64,000 bases of DNA. It comes from an uncultured delta proteobacterium (lineage in GTDB: Bacteria > Myxococcota_A > Polyangia > Polyangiales > Polyangiaceae). The stretch is taken from assembly GCA_963716725.1 (NCBI GenBank), contig CAVQUB010000033.1:64001-128000 (forward strand), given 5' to 3'. The notes under the pieces were generated by a model that ran no database searches, had not been told where the DNA came from, and saw only the letters and a list, made by a program, of their open reading frames with translations. Made by a program: the position numbers and the translations under genes. Below, in pieces: positions 1 through 11,105 of the stretch (position 1 is its first letter; every line of letters starts with the position of its first letter).

Positions 1-1701
<1,701 letters not shown>

Positions 1702-1705
<4 letters not shown>

Positions 1706-3993
1706 AGCCCGAGCTCGGACCGTTCTTCCGCTCACGTCCGCTGCTGATTGGCCAGGCCATCGGCGCCGTCGGTTGCTTCGCGAGTGGGTTTCTCCCGTTG
1801 TTCGGCGGCCCGGGCTACGAGGCCGCGCTCTTCGCCGGAGTCTTGCTGCCGTCGACGGCGGCCGTCTCGGCGGCGATCGCGGTTTCGTCCCCGCGGGTCG
1901 GCGCCTTCGACGCGCTCGGCCGGGGCGTGGCCCAGGGTCTGTGCCTCGCGGGCGTCGGGCTCGCGCTCAGCCTGATCCACGGCCTGCGCGTCGGCTTCTG
2001 CGATCTCTGGGACGGAGCCGCGGTGTTTTGCCTGGGCCCCGGGGTGGGCGCCGTGCTGGGCGGCGCTTTCGGCGCGGGCGCGGGTCTTCTGGCGTCGCTC
2101 GCGTCAGCGCGCTGGAAGCGCTTGGCCTGGGCGGTGCTGATCGCCCTGGCGGGTCCTCTCGGATCGATCGGCCTGAGCCTCTGGAGGTTCTGGTCGAGCC
2201 CGATGGTATTTGCCTTCGATCCCTTCTTCGGCTTCTTTGCCGGACCGCTCTACGACACCGTGATCGAGCCGCTCGAGCGGCTCCGGAGCTACCGGGTGGG
2301 CTCCCTCCTCTCGTTGCTCGGCGCCGCGGTGTTCGGGTTTCACCTCGACCGCCGGGAGCGTGGCTTCGTCCTGGTCGGACGGGGCCGACCGGGTGTCGCT
2401 CTGGCCGGGGCGCTGGCGATCGCGGGCTCGCTCTTCGTATCGCTTTCGGGGGCGCGGCTCGGGCACTGGAGCACCAGCGCGAGCATCCGCGGCGAACTCG
2501 AGCGCAGCCTGCTGAGCGAGCGCTGCGAGATCGTGTACGCGCCCAGCATCCCCGAGCACGAGGCCAAGCTCTTGGCCCGGGAATGCGACGGTCACGTGCG
2601 CGAGATCGAGGGCTGGTTTCAGACCCGTGGCCCGGATCGCATCTCGGTGCTGGTCTTCGAGTCCGAGGCCCAGAAGGGCCGCTTGATGGGCGCCGCCAGC
2701 ACCTACATCGCCAAGCCCTGGCGTCGCGAGGTCTACGTGCAGTTTGCGCGCTACCCGCATCCAGTGCTTGGACACGAGCTCGCCCACGTCATCGCGGGCA
2801 GCTTCGGCGCTGGCCCGTTCCGAGTCAGCGGACCCTTCGGTGGGTGGCTGCCCGATCCGGGGCGCATCGAAGGCGTGGCCACCGCGGCGGCTCCATCCGA
2901 CAGCGCGCTCACGCTCGCGCAGTGGTCGCGGGCGATGCTCGATCTCGGGATTTTGCCGCCTTTGTCGGCGGTGTTTCGCCTGAGCTTCTTGGGAGAAAAC
3001 AGCAGCAAGGCGTACACCGTGGCCGGCGCGTTCATCGAGTGGCTGCACCGCGCGCACGGCGCGGCCGCAGTGCGCGGTTGGTACGCGGGCACTGAGCTGC
3101 CCGCGCTGACTGGGGGCAAGGACCTCGCTCAGCTGGAGTCCGACTGGCGCGCGTCCCTCGCTGGAGAGGTGCTCTCGCCCCGAGTGCTGGAGGCGGCGCG
3201 GGCGCGCTTCGACCGACCGGCGATCTTCGGACGCAAGTGCCCGCACGTCGTCGATCGCGCCTTGGACGAAGCGAACGGGCGGCTCGGGGTGGGCGACGTC
3301 CGCGGCGCGCGTGAGCGCTTCGAGCACGTGACAGCGCTGGATCCCGGGCACTTCGGGGCGCGAGTGGGCCTCGGCAGCTGCTCGGCGCGGGCGGGCGACG
3401 AGGCGGACGCACGCCGTCGCTTCGAGGAGCTTGCGAACGATCAGAAGCTTCACGCCGTGCTCCGACTCGCGGCGGAGGAGTCCCTGGCCGATCTCGACCT
3501 GGCGTCCGGACGCAGTGCCGCGGCCGTCGAACGCTACCGCCGCATCGAAGCCGGCGTGGCAGACGAGGACCGGCTTCGCACGCTGGATGTCAAGGCCGCT
3601 CCCACCACCGAGCCGAGCCGGGCAGCCATCGCCGCGCTGCTGGTGGGCGACCCGGTGATCGGTCGCGACTTCGGCGAAGCCGCCGCGCTGATCGGCGAGT
3701 GGGCCGCCACCGAGCCACGCGACGGCCTGCCCGAGTACCTGCTCGGGCGCAATTTCTACAATGCGGGGCGGTACCGTGAAGCGGCCCGCCGGCTCGATCG
3801 CGCGCTCGACAAGGGGCTGGCGCTGCCCCGGGTGCAGCGCGAGGCCCTGCGCCTGCGCGTGGTGCTTTCCTGTGCGCTCGAAGACCCGGCGCGGGGTCAG
3901 GAAGTGCTCGATCGCTATCGGAAGCTCGAGGGAGTGGAACCCGCGGCCCGACTCGGCGTGGAACGCATGGCGCGGCGCTGCGGGCTTCAATGA
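1702..3993 (+). CDS. Membrane protein with gluzincin-like (HELAH...IEG) metallopeptidase domain and C-terminal TPR-like repeats
   Basis: ORF track gives 1798..3993; the frame is open upstream to a CTG at 1702 that overlaps the lon stop. Several hydrophobic N-terminal segments, the motif HPVLGHELAHV, a downstream IEGVA and a helical TPR-like C-terminus. Confidence 0.65.
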
Positions 3994-4020
3994 ACTCGGG
4001 GCGCCACGCAACCAACGACC

Positions 4021-4890
4021 ATGGCCCTGGGGCGCTCGCTATTCATCGCGCTGGCGATCCACGCCGGAGTCGCGCTCGCGGGTCGCCGCTGGGTCCCGGG
4101 GCCGGACGTCGTGCTCCCGCCCGCGCCGCCTGCGAGCTACGAGGTGAACGTCGTCGAGCTCGCGGCTGAGCCGAGGTCTGAGCGCCCGGAGGGCAGAGGG
4201 GCGACCGCAGCGGATCGGCGCGGGTCGCGGATCGCCATCGGGAAGTCGTGGGCTTCCGTGGGGGCGCCGACGGTCCTGCGCGGCACAGCGGGGGACGGCG
4301 TCGGGATCCCGGAGGCCGCGCCGATCGACGACGCCGTCCAGGACGCAGCGTCCGATCCGAAGCGTGCCGTCGATCTCGGCCTCGGGCGGATCTGGTTGAC
4401 ACCGTCGCTGCCCGATCGCCCGCGCGGTGAGTGGCAGTCCGGTGCACGGGCTGCCGGTGGGCTGGGTCAAGGGCTCGAAGATCGCGACCGCGCGCGCGGG
4501 CTCGGACGCGGCGGCGTGGTGGCTACCCTGGCGCGGAGCGCCGCCATCGCCGCCGGCCCGCAGACAGGGGAGGGCAGCTTTCTGGTGATCACGGATCGCG
4601 GTGGTCGAGTCGTGAGCGTGACGCTCGGCGAGTCCGTCGGCGCGGGTTGGGCCGATGTCGCCCGGGCGCTGCAGCGCGCGCTCGCGGCGAAGCGGCTACG
4701 CGTCCCGGTCGGAGCCAATGGGCTCAGCGTGCGAGTGCAGGTGCGCTCCAAGGTACAACTCCCGAGCGGAGCAGATCCGAATAGCCCGGCGCGCATTCGA
4801 GGGCCCGGAGCCGAGTTCGACGTGGCCGACATCGGCGCGCGCGCAACCCGAGTCGTGTCGGCGCAGATCACGGACGAACGGCTGCTCTAG
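4021..4890 (+). CDS. Hypothetical membrane-anchored protein, TonB/energy-transducer-like architecture
   Basis: N-terminal TM helix containing His (IALAIHAGV), Pro-rich linker and a C-terminal beta-rich domain. Its stop TAG lies in the CTAG at the IS left end. Confidence 0.5.
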   Translation: MALGRSLFIALAIHAGVALAGRRWVPGPDVVLPPAPPASYEVNVVELAAEPRSERPEGRGATAADRRGSRIAIGKSWASVGAPTVLRGTAGDGVGIPEAAPIDDAVQDAASDPKRAVDLGLGRIWLTPSLPDRPRGEWQSGARAAGGLGQGLEDRDRARGLGRGGVVATLARSAAIAAGPQTGEGSFLVITDRGGRVVSVTLGESVGAGWADVARALQRALAAKRLRVPVGANGLSVRVQVRSKVQLPSGADPNSPARIRGPGAEFDVADIGARATRVVSAQITDERLL

Positions 4891-4955
4891 TGCCGCGCGG
4901 CAGAAGTTTCGCTGGTTTCTTTTCCGTGTGCGTGTCGTCGGTGTAGTGGGGTGAC

Positions 4956-5442
4956 ATGATCGACTACAGCGCGTTCGCGGGTCGAGCGCACGGTGGTCGT
5001 CCGACGGTTCCGCTCGCGCTGAGGGCTGAAGAGCGCGCGCGGATCGAGGAGGCGTTGCGACCCGCCAGGGCGGAGCAGCGGCTGGTTCGTCGGGCGCAGG
5101 CCGTGTTGATGATGGCGGACGGAGTGCCTGCGACGGACATCGCCCGGCTCCTCGGGGTGCACGTGCGCACGGTGGACGACTGGCGCAAGCGCTTCGACTG
5201 CGCGGCACCTAGCGAGAGACTGGCGGACGCCCCGCGCTCGGGACGGCCGCCCTCTCTCTCTCGGACACCGTAGCGGCTCGAGTAGAAGCACCGACGACCT
5301 CGCGGCGAGGATCGACGCGTACGTCGCGTGGTATCTGCAGACCGACCGACCCTTTCGCTGGTCGTACCGCCCCAAGTCGTGGGCCGAACCCAGAAAAATC
5401 CCCTCACTTTCTGCGAAGAAAGCCGCAACTGTTTCGGAGTGA
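4956..5442 (+). pseudogene. IS630-family transposase remnant (N-terminal HTH and extreme C-terminus; DDE domain missing)
   Basis: 4956..5273 encodes RRAQAVLMMADG..IARLLGVHVRTVDDWRKRF..LADAPRSGRPP, typical of the IS630 HTH. 5287..5442 encodes STDDLAARIDAYVAWYLQTDRPFRWSY, typical of the IS630 C-terminal PFxW region. Confidence 0.7.
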
Positions 5443-5459
5443 GGCCCGACCACACGGGG

Positions 5460-5954
5460 ATGGCACAGGAAGGGCGAAAGCTCGGAAGATTTGGGGATGG
5501 GACGGACGAGGTGATCGGTGCGCTGATCGAGGTGCATCGGCATCTCGGTCCAGGGCTGATGGAATCCGCACATGAGGCCTGTCTATCTGCCGAGCTGTCC
5601 GAACGACGGCTCAAGTTCGAGCGGCAGCGACCGCTACCAATCCGCTTCAAAGGCGTACACCTTGACTGCGCCTATCGCCTCGACCTGGTCGTTGAAGCTC
5701 GTATCCTCCTGGAGCTCAAGGCGGTCGAGCGGCTGCTCCCGATTTACGAAGCGCAGGTCATCACCTATCTGCGCCTTTCGCGGTTGCCCGTCGGCCTGCT
5801 CGTCAACTTCAACGTGACCGCGCTCAGAAATGGCCTGCGGAGGCTAACGCCTGACCACCCCAAATCCTTCCGCTCTTCCGCCCTTCCTGTGAGAGCCCAA
5901 ATGAGCGCAGGTCTCAGGGGCGAATCCACTCGAACTTCGGCCGCGCGGCACTAG
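5460..5954 (+). CDS. GxxExxY family protein (PD-(D/E)XK nuclease fold)
   Basis: VIGALIEVHRHLGPGLMESAHEACL, YRLDLVVE..LELKAV, HEAQ-like YEAQVITYLRLS and GLLVNFNV. ATG at 5460 is in frame with ORF 5328..5954. Confidence 0.9.
   Translation: MAQEGRKLGRFGDGTDEVIGALIEVHRHLGPGLMESAHEACLSAELSERRLKFERQRPLPIRFKGVHLDCAYRLDLVVEARILLELKAVERLLPIYEAQVITYLRLSRLPVGLLVNFNVTALRNGLRRLTPDHPKSFRSSALPVRAQMSAGLRGESTRTSAARH
5464..5891. repeat. ~37-bp imperfect inverted repeat pair bracketing the GxxExxY core (5464-5500 and 5855-5891)
   Basis: CACAGGAAGGGCGAAAGCTCGGAAGATTTGGGGATGG versus the reverse complement of the right copy, CACAGGAAGGGCGGAAGAGCGGAAGGATTTGGGGTGG. Confidence 0.85.
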
Positions 5955-5977
5955 CCGCAGTCCGATTTGATCGCGGC

Positions 5978-6418
5978 TCAGTCGTACTTCTTCAGCCGCT
6001 CGGCGATCTCGGTCCAGGCTCCCCCGAGCACGTTGTCCGCCATCGGATAGAGGATGCCCTCCTCTTTCACGTTGTGCTGCTGGATCAGCATCAGCAGGGT
6101 GTCACCTTGGTCGAGCGCCGCGCCCAGATCACCGCGATCGACCGCGGCGTTCATCTCCTCGAGCATGTGCTTCATCTGCGCGTGCTCCATGCGCATCACG
6201 TGGGTCGGCCCTCCGCCGTGCATGCCCGTCGCGTCCTCGAGGGCGGGGAAGAGGACCTCTTCTTCCATGGCGAAGTGGCGGCGCATCGCCTTGTCGAAGG
6301 TGGTCCAGCGCGCGCGGGCGGCGGGCAGATCGTCCGCGACTTCTTCGATCTGGGCCCAGAGTTCGTCGCAGCGTCGGTGATCGGGGATGAAGAGGGCTCC
6401 GGGACTGTCTGCGCTCAT
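5978..6418 (-). CDS. Hemerythrin-like (HHE cation-binding) protein
   Basis: DHRRCD, HFAMEEEVLFP, MRMEH and QHNVKEEGILYP form the repeated HHE pattern. Confidence 0.9.
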   Translation of the reverse strand: MSADSPGALFIPDHRRCDELWAQIEEVADDLPAARARWTTFDKAMRRHFAMEEEVLFPALEDATGMHGGGPTHVMRMEHAQMKHMLEEMNAAVDRGDLGAALDQGDTLLMLIQQHNVKEEGILYPMADNVLGGAWTEIAERLKKYD

Positions 6419-6438
6419 GATTGGACTCCGTCGGGCTT

Positions 6439-6460
6439 CATGTTATCGGTCGATAACATG
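6439..6460. promoter_or_regulatory. Putative TetR operator palindrome
   Basis: CATGTTATCG-GT-CGATAACATG has perfect 10-bp arms, is AT-rich, lies between the divergent hemerythrin and TetR starts and overlaps the TetR ATG (6458). Confidence 0.75.
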
Positions 6461-7543
6461 GTGTTGGGATTCCGGCGAGCGAAAACTGATGTGCGGCGGG
6501 GGCAAATCGTCGAGGCGACGCTGACCCTGCTCGCCGACTCGCCGCTCGATCAGCTGAGCACCCGGCAGATCGCGCGCGAGCTGGGGATCTCGCAGCCCGC
6601 GCTGTTCCGACACTTCGCGTCTCGGGACGCGCTGCTCTTGGCCGTGATCGTCGAGACCTCGGAGCGGCTCGGCACCCTGGTCGAAGGGGTCCTGGGCCCG
6701 GAGGGTGGCGCCCTGGCTCGGCTCGAAGCGCTCGGCGTCCAGTTGCTCCGGCACCTGGGTGAACACCCTGGTCTGCCACGCCTGCTCTTCGCGAACCTCG
6801 CCAGCGGAACCGGCCCGGTGTTCGACGCCCTGCGGCGCCTGTACTCGATGCAAAGCTCCCTCGTGGCGGAGCTGATTCGGGACGGTCTTCGCGCCGGTGA
6901 GATCGATCCGGCCATTGATCCGCGAGACGCCGCGACGCTCTTTGTGGGCGTGCTCCAGAGCGTCACCTTGATCCGGCGCCTCGAAGCGCGGAGCGAGCCG
7001 CTGGAGATCGAGGGTCGACGGCTACTCTCGATCTGGATCCGCGGCGTGCGCGCTGCCCCTGGCAGTGCAGCGCAGGAGCCCGTGCCGACGCCTCCCGGCG
7101 AGGGGATCCGCACCCTCGACGTCCGCCCGCTGCTGGGCAGGGGGACGGATCCGTTCGACGCGATCACGGCCGCACTGGCCGAGGTGGGAGCCGCAGGCGT
7201 CCTGGTGGTCACCGCGCCCTTTCGCCCCGCACCGTTGATCAAGCTGCTCACGGGTCGGGGTCACGCGGTGCAGGTGCAAGTGCTCGGCCCTCGCCACTTC
7301 GTGATCGAGGTGATCCACCGCGGCGGCCCCGAACCCGAAGATCTCCGGGATCTCGAGCCGCCGGAGCCCCTCGAGCGAGTGCTGGTCGCCACCCGCGATC
7401 TCGCGCCAGGCGGCGTCTATCTCGCTCGCCTTCCCCGCCACCCGCGGCTCTTGCTGCCACGCCTCGAGGAGCGCGGGCTGGGTTTCCGAGTCCACGAGCA
7501 CCACGACGGCACGGCGTTGCTCCGCGTGCACAGGTCGCCATGA
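6458..7543 (+). CDS. TetR-family regulator fused to two C-terminal DUF2249-like domains
   Basis: HTH LSTRQIARELGISQPALFRHF. C-terminal LDVRPLLGRGTDPFDAI..APFRPAPLIKLL and DLRDLEPPEPLERVL..LPRHPRLLLPRL match the DUF2249 pattern. Confidence 0.8.
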   Translation: MVLGFRRAKTDVRRGQIVEATLTLLADSPLDQLSTRQIARELGISQPALFRHFASRDALLLAVIVETSERLGTLVEGVLGPEGGALARLEALGVQLLRHLGEHPGLPRLLFANLASGTGPVFDALRRLYSMQSSLVAELIRDGLRAGEIDPAIDPRDAATLFVGVLQSVTLIRRLEARSEPLEIEGRRLLSIWIRGVRAAPGSAAQEPVPTPPGEGIRTLDVRPLLGRGTDPFDAITAALAEVGAAGVLVVTAPFRPAPLIKLLTGRGHAVQVQVLGPRHFVIEVIHRGGPEPEDLRDLEPPEPLERVLVATRDLAPGGVYLARLPRHPRLLLPRLEERGLGFRVHEHHDGTALLRVHRSP

Positions 7544-8847
7544 GCGCAGGCATGTCCATGGCCGGCCTCTCGCCGGACCAAGGCCCGCCGCTGGCCATCC
7601 CGGCCAGCTTCTTCGTGACGGCACCGATGGCGGTGATCGCTGCCGGTGCACTGCTTGCTGCTGGTGGGTCGTCGCTGCTCTGGACGCGCTTCGCAGGCGC
7701 GACGGTCGCGTTCGTGCACCTCGGAACCCTGGGGCTGCTCGCTTGCGTGATGTTGGGATCGCTCTATCAGCTGATCCCCGTGGTCGCTGGCGCGTCGGTG
7801 CCCTTCGTGCGGGTGGCGCACGCGGTGCATGCGGGGCTGGTGTTGGCGGTGAGCGCGCTGGCGTGGGGCTTCGCCATGAATCAACGCGTCTTCGTCGTGG
7901 TCGGCGCGGACCTCCTGTCGTTGGTCTTCGTCGTGTTCCTCTTGCCTGTCGCCGTCGCTCTGGCTCGCGCGCCCGCTCGCGGCGCGACTCTCGCAGGCAT
8001 GCGAGTCGCGGTGCTCGGCCTCGCCTTGGTGGTCGGGCTCGGCGTTTGGCTGGGGCACCTTCGCGGCGCGGGAACTGCGTCCCCAAGCTACTCGAGTGTC
8101 GTCCTCGTCCACCTGAGCGCGGGGTTGGTGGTCTGGATCGGCGGGCTCATCGCCGGAGTGAGCTTCCAAGTCGTGCCGATGTTCTACCTGGCGCCGGCGT
8201 TTCCTCGCGCGGTCAGCTGGATCTTGGTGGGCAGCTTCGCGCTCACGCTGCTCGGCCTGATCGGGGCGCTCGCCACGGGCGCGGGTCCGACTGCCATCGC
8301 CGGGGCCGCGCTGCCCGGGGCCATCGCAGCCTGGGTCGTGCATCCGATCACCGCGCTCTGGGTCATCGTTCGCCGACGCCGCAAGCGATTTGACGCCAGC
8401 CTCGGCTTCTGGAAGGCAGGCCTCGCGAGCGCGCTCTTGGCCTTGCCCTGCGCGCTGCTCGCGGTCCTCGGCGACGATCTGCGCGCTCCGGTGCTCTTCG
8501 GCTGGATTGTGCTCTGGGGATGGGCTGCGATGATCGTGCACGGCATGTTGGGGCGCATCGTGCCCTTCTTGGTGTGGTTTCACCGCTTCTCGAGGCGGGT
8601 CGGCGTCGAGCCGGTTCCGTCGATGAAACAGCTCTTGCCAGACCTGTTCCCGCGAGTCGGCTTCGCGCTGCACCTCTCGACGCTGGTGCTCGGCGTGGTG
8701 GCCCTCGCGACCGGTGTGGATCTGGTGGCACGGGCCACGGGCGTGGGCCTCGTGGCCACGGGCGCCGCCATGTTCGTGTCGATCGTTCGCCCGCTGCGGC
8801 ACGGCCGCCGACGGGCCTACCAGTCTGGAAACCAAACGCCGTCGTAG
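7540..8847 (+). CDS. Polytopic membrane protein of the DUF2249/hemerythrin-associated type (NnrS-like architecture)
   Basis: About 12 TM segments with repeated H..LG..G..YQLIPV / FQVVPMF / GRIVPFLVWFHRF motifs; ATGA-coupled to the TetR gene. Confidence 0.65.
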   Translation: MSAGMSMAGLSPDQGPPLAIPASFFVTAPMAVIAAGALLAAGGSSLLWTRFAGATVAFVHLGTLGLLACVMLGSLYQLIPVVAGASVPFVRVAHAVHAGLVLAVSALAWGFAMNQRVFVVVGADLLSLVFVVFLLPVAVALARAPARGATLAGMRVAVLGLALVVGLGVWLGHLRGAGTASPSYSSVVLVHLSAGLVVWIGGLIAGVSFQVVPMFYLAPAFPRAVSWILVGSFALTLLGLIGALATGAGPTAIAGAALPGAIAAWVVHPITALWVIVRRRRKRFDASLGFWKAGLASALLALPCALLAVLGDDLRAPVLFGWIVLWGWAAMIVHGMLGRIVPFLVWFHRFSRRVGVEPVPSMKQLLPDLFPRVGFALHLSTLVLGVVALATGVDLVARATGVGLVATGAAMFVSIVRPLRHGRRRAYQSGNQTPS

Positions 8848-9791
8848 TCTTCGAAGGACATGGGCAGATCCAAGCGAGGCTCGCGGGGGAAGCACTCGCG
8901 AACCAGCACTCGCGCGCCGGGCGCAGCGATGCGGGCGCGGTCGAAGCGGGTCGGAAAGTAGTTGAGTTGGAGCAGCGCGGCCCCCGCCTGCTCGGCCAGC
9001 GTCGGCTGCGTGCGGATCTCGTCCCTCGCGGCCGGGTGGCGACAGGCCGAGATCACCAGCTCGATGGCGGTTGCATCCCAGACCGTGGGCTCGGGGTCGG
9101 CCTCGAGGTCGTGGCCCCGGGCGGGCACCGGATCGTTGTGCTGGCGCCAGAGCGAGGGCTCGTCCCGACCCACTGGCGTGAAAGGGTCGACGTACTCGCC
9201 GTTCAGCCAGGTGTTGAAGTGCACGTGAGGGGGCGCCCAGGGAAAGCCCACGAGGGCGTCGATGCCGCTGTAGCCCGACAGCGCGATGGGCTCGCCGCGC
9301 GCGACGCGCTGCCCGGGCGTGACCAGGGCCCGGGCCAGGTGATTCGAGGTCGTCACCAGGCCGCGCCCGTGGTCGAGCATCACTTTGAGCCCGCCGCGGT
9401 GGTACTCGCTCGAGACTCGGAGCACGACGCCCGGTGCCGCGGCGAGCACGCGGGTGCCCGGAGGCACCGCGAAGTCGGTGCCGTTGTGGCTGTCGTAGGT
9501 GTTGCGCCCGCCGCGGAAGTCCTCCACGTCGGTGACGCGCACGCTCCAGCCGAGCTCGGGGGGTGGTTGTCGGTAGTTGAAGAGATTGGTGATCGGCACT
9601 CGGCGACCCATGGGACGGCGTCCGAGCCAGAGAGGCAGCGAATAGCGCGGATGGAATTGCCGCAAGCTGCTGACTCCGAAGCGGGACTTCGGAGTGGTGC
9701 CATCGCCGCGCACGACGAGCCAGGCCTCACTCAGGGTCTTTGCCCAGGGCCGCACGCCCAGGGCTTCGAGCAAAGAAACGCGCCGCTTCAT
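8817..9791 (-). CDS. M23 family metallopeptidase
   Basis: YDSHNGTDFAVPPGTRVLAAAPG (HxxxD), HxH in PHVHF, and GEPIALSGYSG. Confidence 0.85.
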   Translation of the reverse strand: MKRRVSLLEALGVRPWAKTLSEAWLVVRGDGTTPKSRFGVSSLRQFHPRYSLPLWLGRRPMGRRVPITNLFNYRQPPPELGWSVRVTDVEDFRGGRNTYDSHNGTDFAVPPGTRVLAAAPGVVLRVSSEYHRGGLKVMLDHGRGLVTTSNHLARALVTPGQRVARGEPIALSGYSGIDALVGFPWAPPHVHFNTWLNGEYVDPFTPVGRDEPSLWRQHNDPVPARGHDLEADPEPTVWDATAIELVISACRHPAARDEIRTQPTLAEQAGAALLQLNYFPTRFDRARIAAPGARVLVRECFPREPRLDLPMSFEDYDGVWFPDW

Positions 9792-10942
9792 CGCATCCTC
9801 TCGGGCTTCGGTCGTGCCAAGACCTCGACGTAGCTCTCGGCGCTCTTGGCCAGGTACACGCAGCTGTCGTCGACCGCGAGATCGCCCACGCCACTGCCCA
9901 TGACCACGTCGTTGACTTGGAAGAACTCGATCTCTTTGCCGCGGCCGCCGCTCAGCGGGATCTGCACCAGCGAATGGCGCATGCCGTAGGCCTCGCCGTT
10001 GAAGACGAAGAACTCCGCGCCGTCCCAGGCGAAAAAGTGGAAGGGCGTCGCGCCCCAGTCGCTGATGTTCTTGGCCTCGCCGCCGGCCTTCGGAACTCGA
10101 AATAGGCCGCCCTGGGCTTGAAAGACCAAGTCGGCGGGCTCCACGGCGATCCGACCCGGAAAGGGCCGCTTGCTCGCCAACTCGCGCAGCGCCCCGTCCT
10201 TTCGGGAGACGGCCAGGACGCGCCGCGAGGTCCAGTCGTCCATGTAGAAGTCTTCTGGAGTGATCGCGAGATCACCGTACTGACAGCCTTTGCCCGGCGT
10301 CGTGCGGGGCCAGCTCGCGCGGGAGGTGGCCTCCCCGCCGGCGCGCGGCAGACTCATCAGCTCGTCCTGCTTTTCCTTGGAGTTGCACTGCACGAACCAG
10401 AGCGACTCTTCGGCCAGCGTGATGGGACGTATCACGCCTTCGCGCAGCGTGGTGCTCGGTCCGCCCGCGAGCGGGATCTTCACCAGCGACTTACCGTGCA
10501 CGAAGTACGCGGCGTCGTCATCTAGGACCAGGTTGGGGCCCACCCGGCCGGGGCCTTTCGAGTGACCGACGACGCGCGCGCCTTCGCCGTCGCGCCCGAA
10601 GCGCTTCAGGGTCGCGGTCGCTGCCGGGACGCTGAAGGCCACCAGGTAGACGCTGCCCGCGCGTGCGGCCAACGCGCCGAACTCGCCGGCTTGGGTCCCG
10701 AGCCCGACGAGCCTCTTCTTCGTGACGGCCTTGCAGGGCAGCATCGGAGGCGGTGGCGCGGCGGTTGCGATAGCGTTCGCGCTGGTCGTTCCCGCGCCAG
10801 TCGCGGAGGGGGCGCCAGTCGCTGGTGAGGCGGTGGTGGCTGGCGAGGCGCCAGTCGCGGTGGGCGTCGCCCCGGACTCGCCTCGTGGTTTGCACGCAAC
10901 CAGGGCCGCCAGGGAGAGCCCCAGGAGGGCCGAGGCATGCAT
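9788..10942 (-). CDS. Hypothetical lipoprotein, probable beta-propeller
   Basis: Lipobox-like LAALVAC, Ala/Thr/Pro linker and repeated blade-like motifs (LVLDDDAAYF, LAITPEDFY, LAVDDSCVY). Start 10942 or 10954. Confidence 0.6.
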   Translation of the reverse strand: MHASALLGLSLAALVACKPRGESGATPTATGASPATTASPATGAPSATGAGTTSANAIATAAPPPPMLPCKAVTKKRLVGLGTQAGEFGALAARAGSVYLVAFSVPAATATLKRFGRDGEGARVVGHSKGPGRVGPNLVLDDDAAYFVHGKSLVKIPLAGGPSTTLREGVIRPITLAEESLWFVQCNSKEKQDELMSLPRAGGEATSRASWPRTTPGKGCQYGDLAITPEDFYMDDWTSRRVLAVSRKDGALRELASKRPFPGRIAVEPADLVFQAQGGLFRVPKAGGEAKNISDWGATPFHFFAWDGAEFFVFNGEAYGMRHSLVQIPLSGGRGKEIEFFQVNDVVMGSGVGDLAVDDSCVYLAKSAESYVEVLARPKPERMR

Positions 10943-11068
10943 GGCCGAGACCATGCCGAGATCGGCGCTTGCTCGCAACCGCGCGGGGCTGCCGCCGCTT
11001 GGCCTCGACAAAACCCAGACTGCCGCGTGGCCCTCGCTGGGGCCCTTGACCCGAGCTCCGGGTCGCCC

Positions 11069-11102
11069 TACTGAACTTTCAGAAGTTACTGAAAGTTCAG
11101 TA
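11069..11102. promoter_or_regulatory. Putative GbsR/MarR-type operator palindrome
   Basis: TACTGAACTTTCAG-AAGTTA-CTGAAAGTTCAGTA has perfect 14-bp arms and ends 3 bp before the ATG at 11106. A TTGACC -35-like hexamer lies at 11046. Confidence 0.8.
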
Positions 11103-11105
11103 CGC

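Larger units (their letters stand above)
4887..5954. mobile_element. Internally deleted IS630-family element with terminal inverted repeats and a GxxExxY passenger gene
   Basis: Left end CTAGTGCCGCGCGGCAGAAGTTTCG (4887-4911) and right end CGAACTTCGGCCGCGCGGCACTAG (5931-5954) form a 15-bp perfect inverted repeat with an imperfect extension and CTAG/TA at both ends. IS630-like N- and C-terminal transposase remnants lie inside. Confidence 0.75.
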
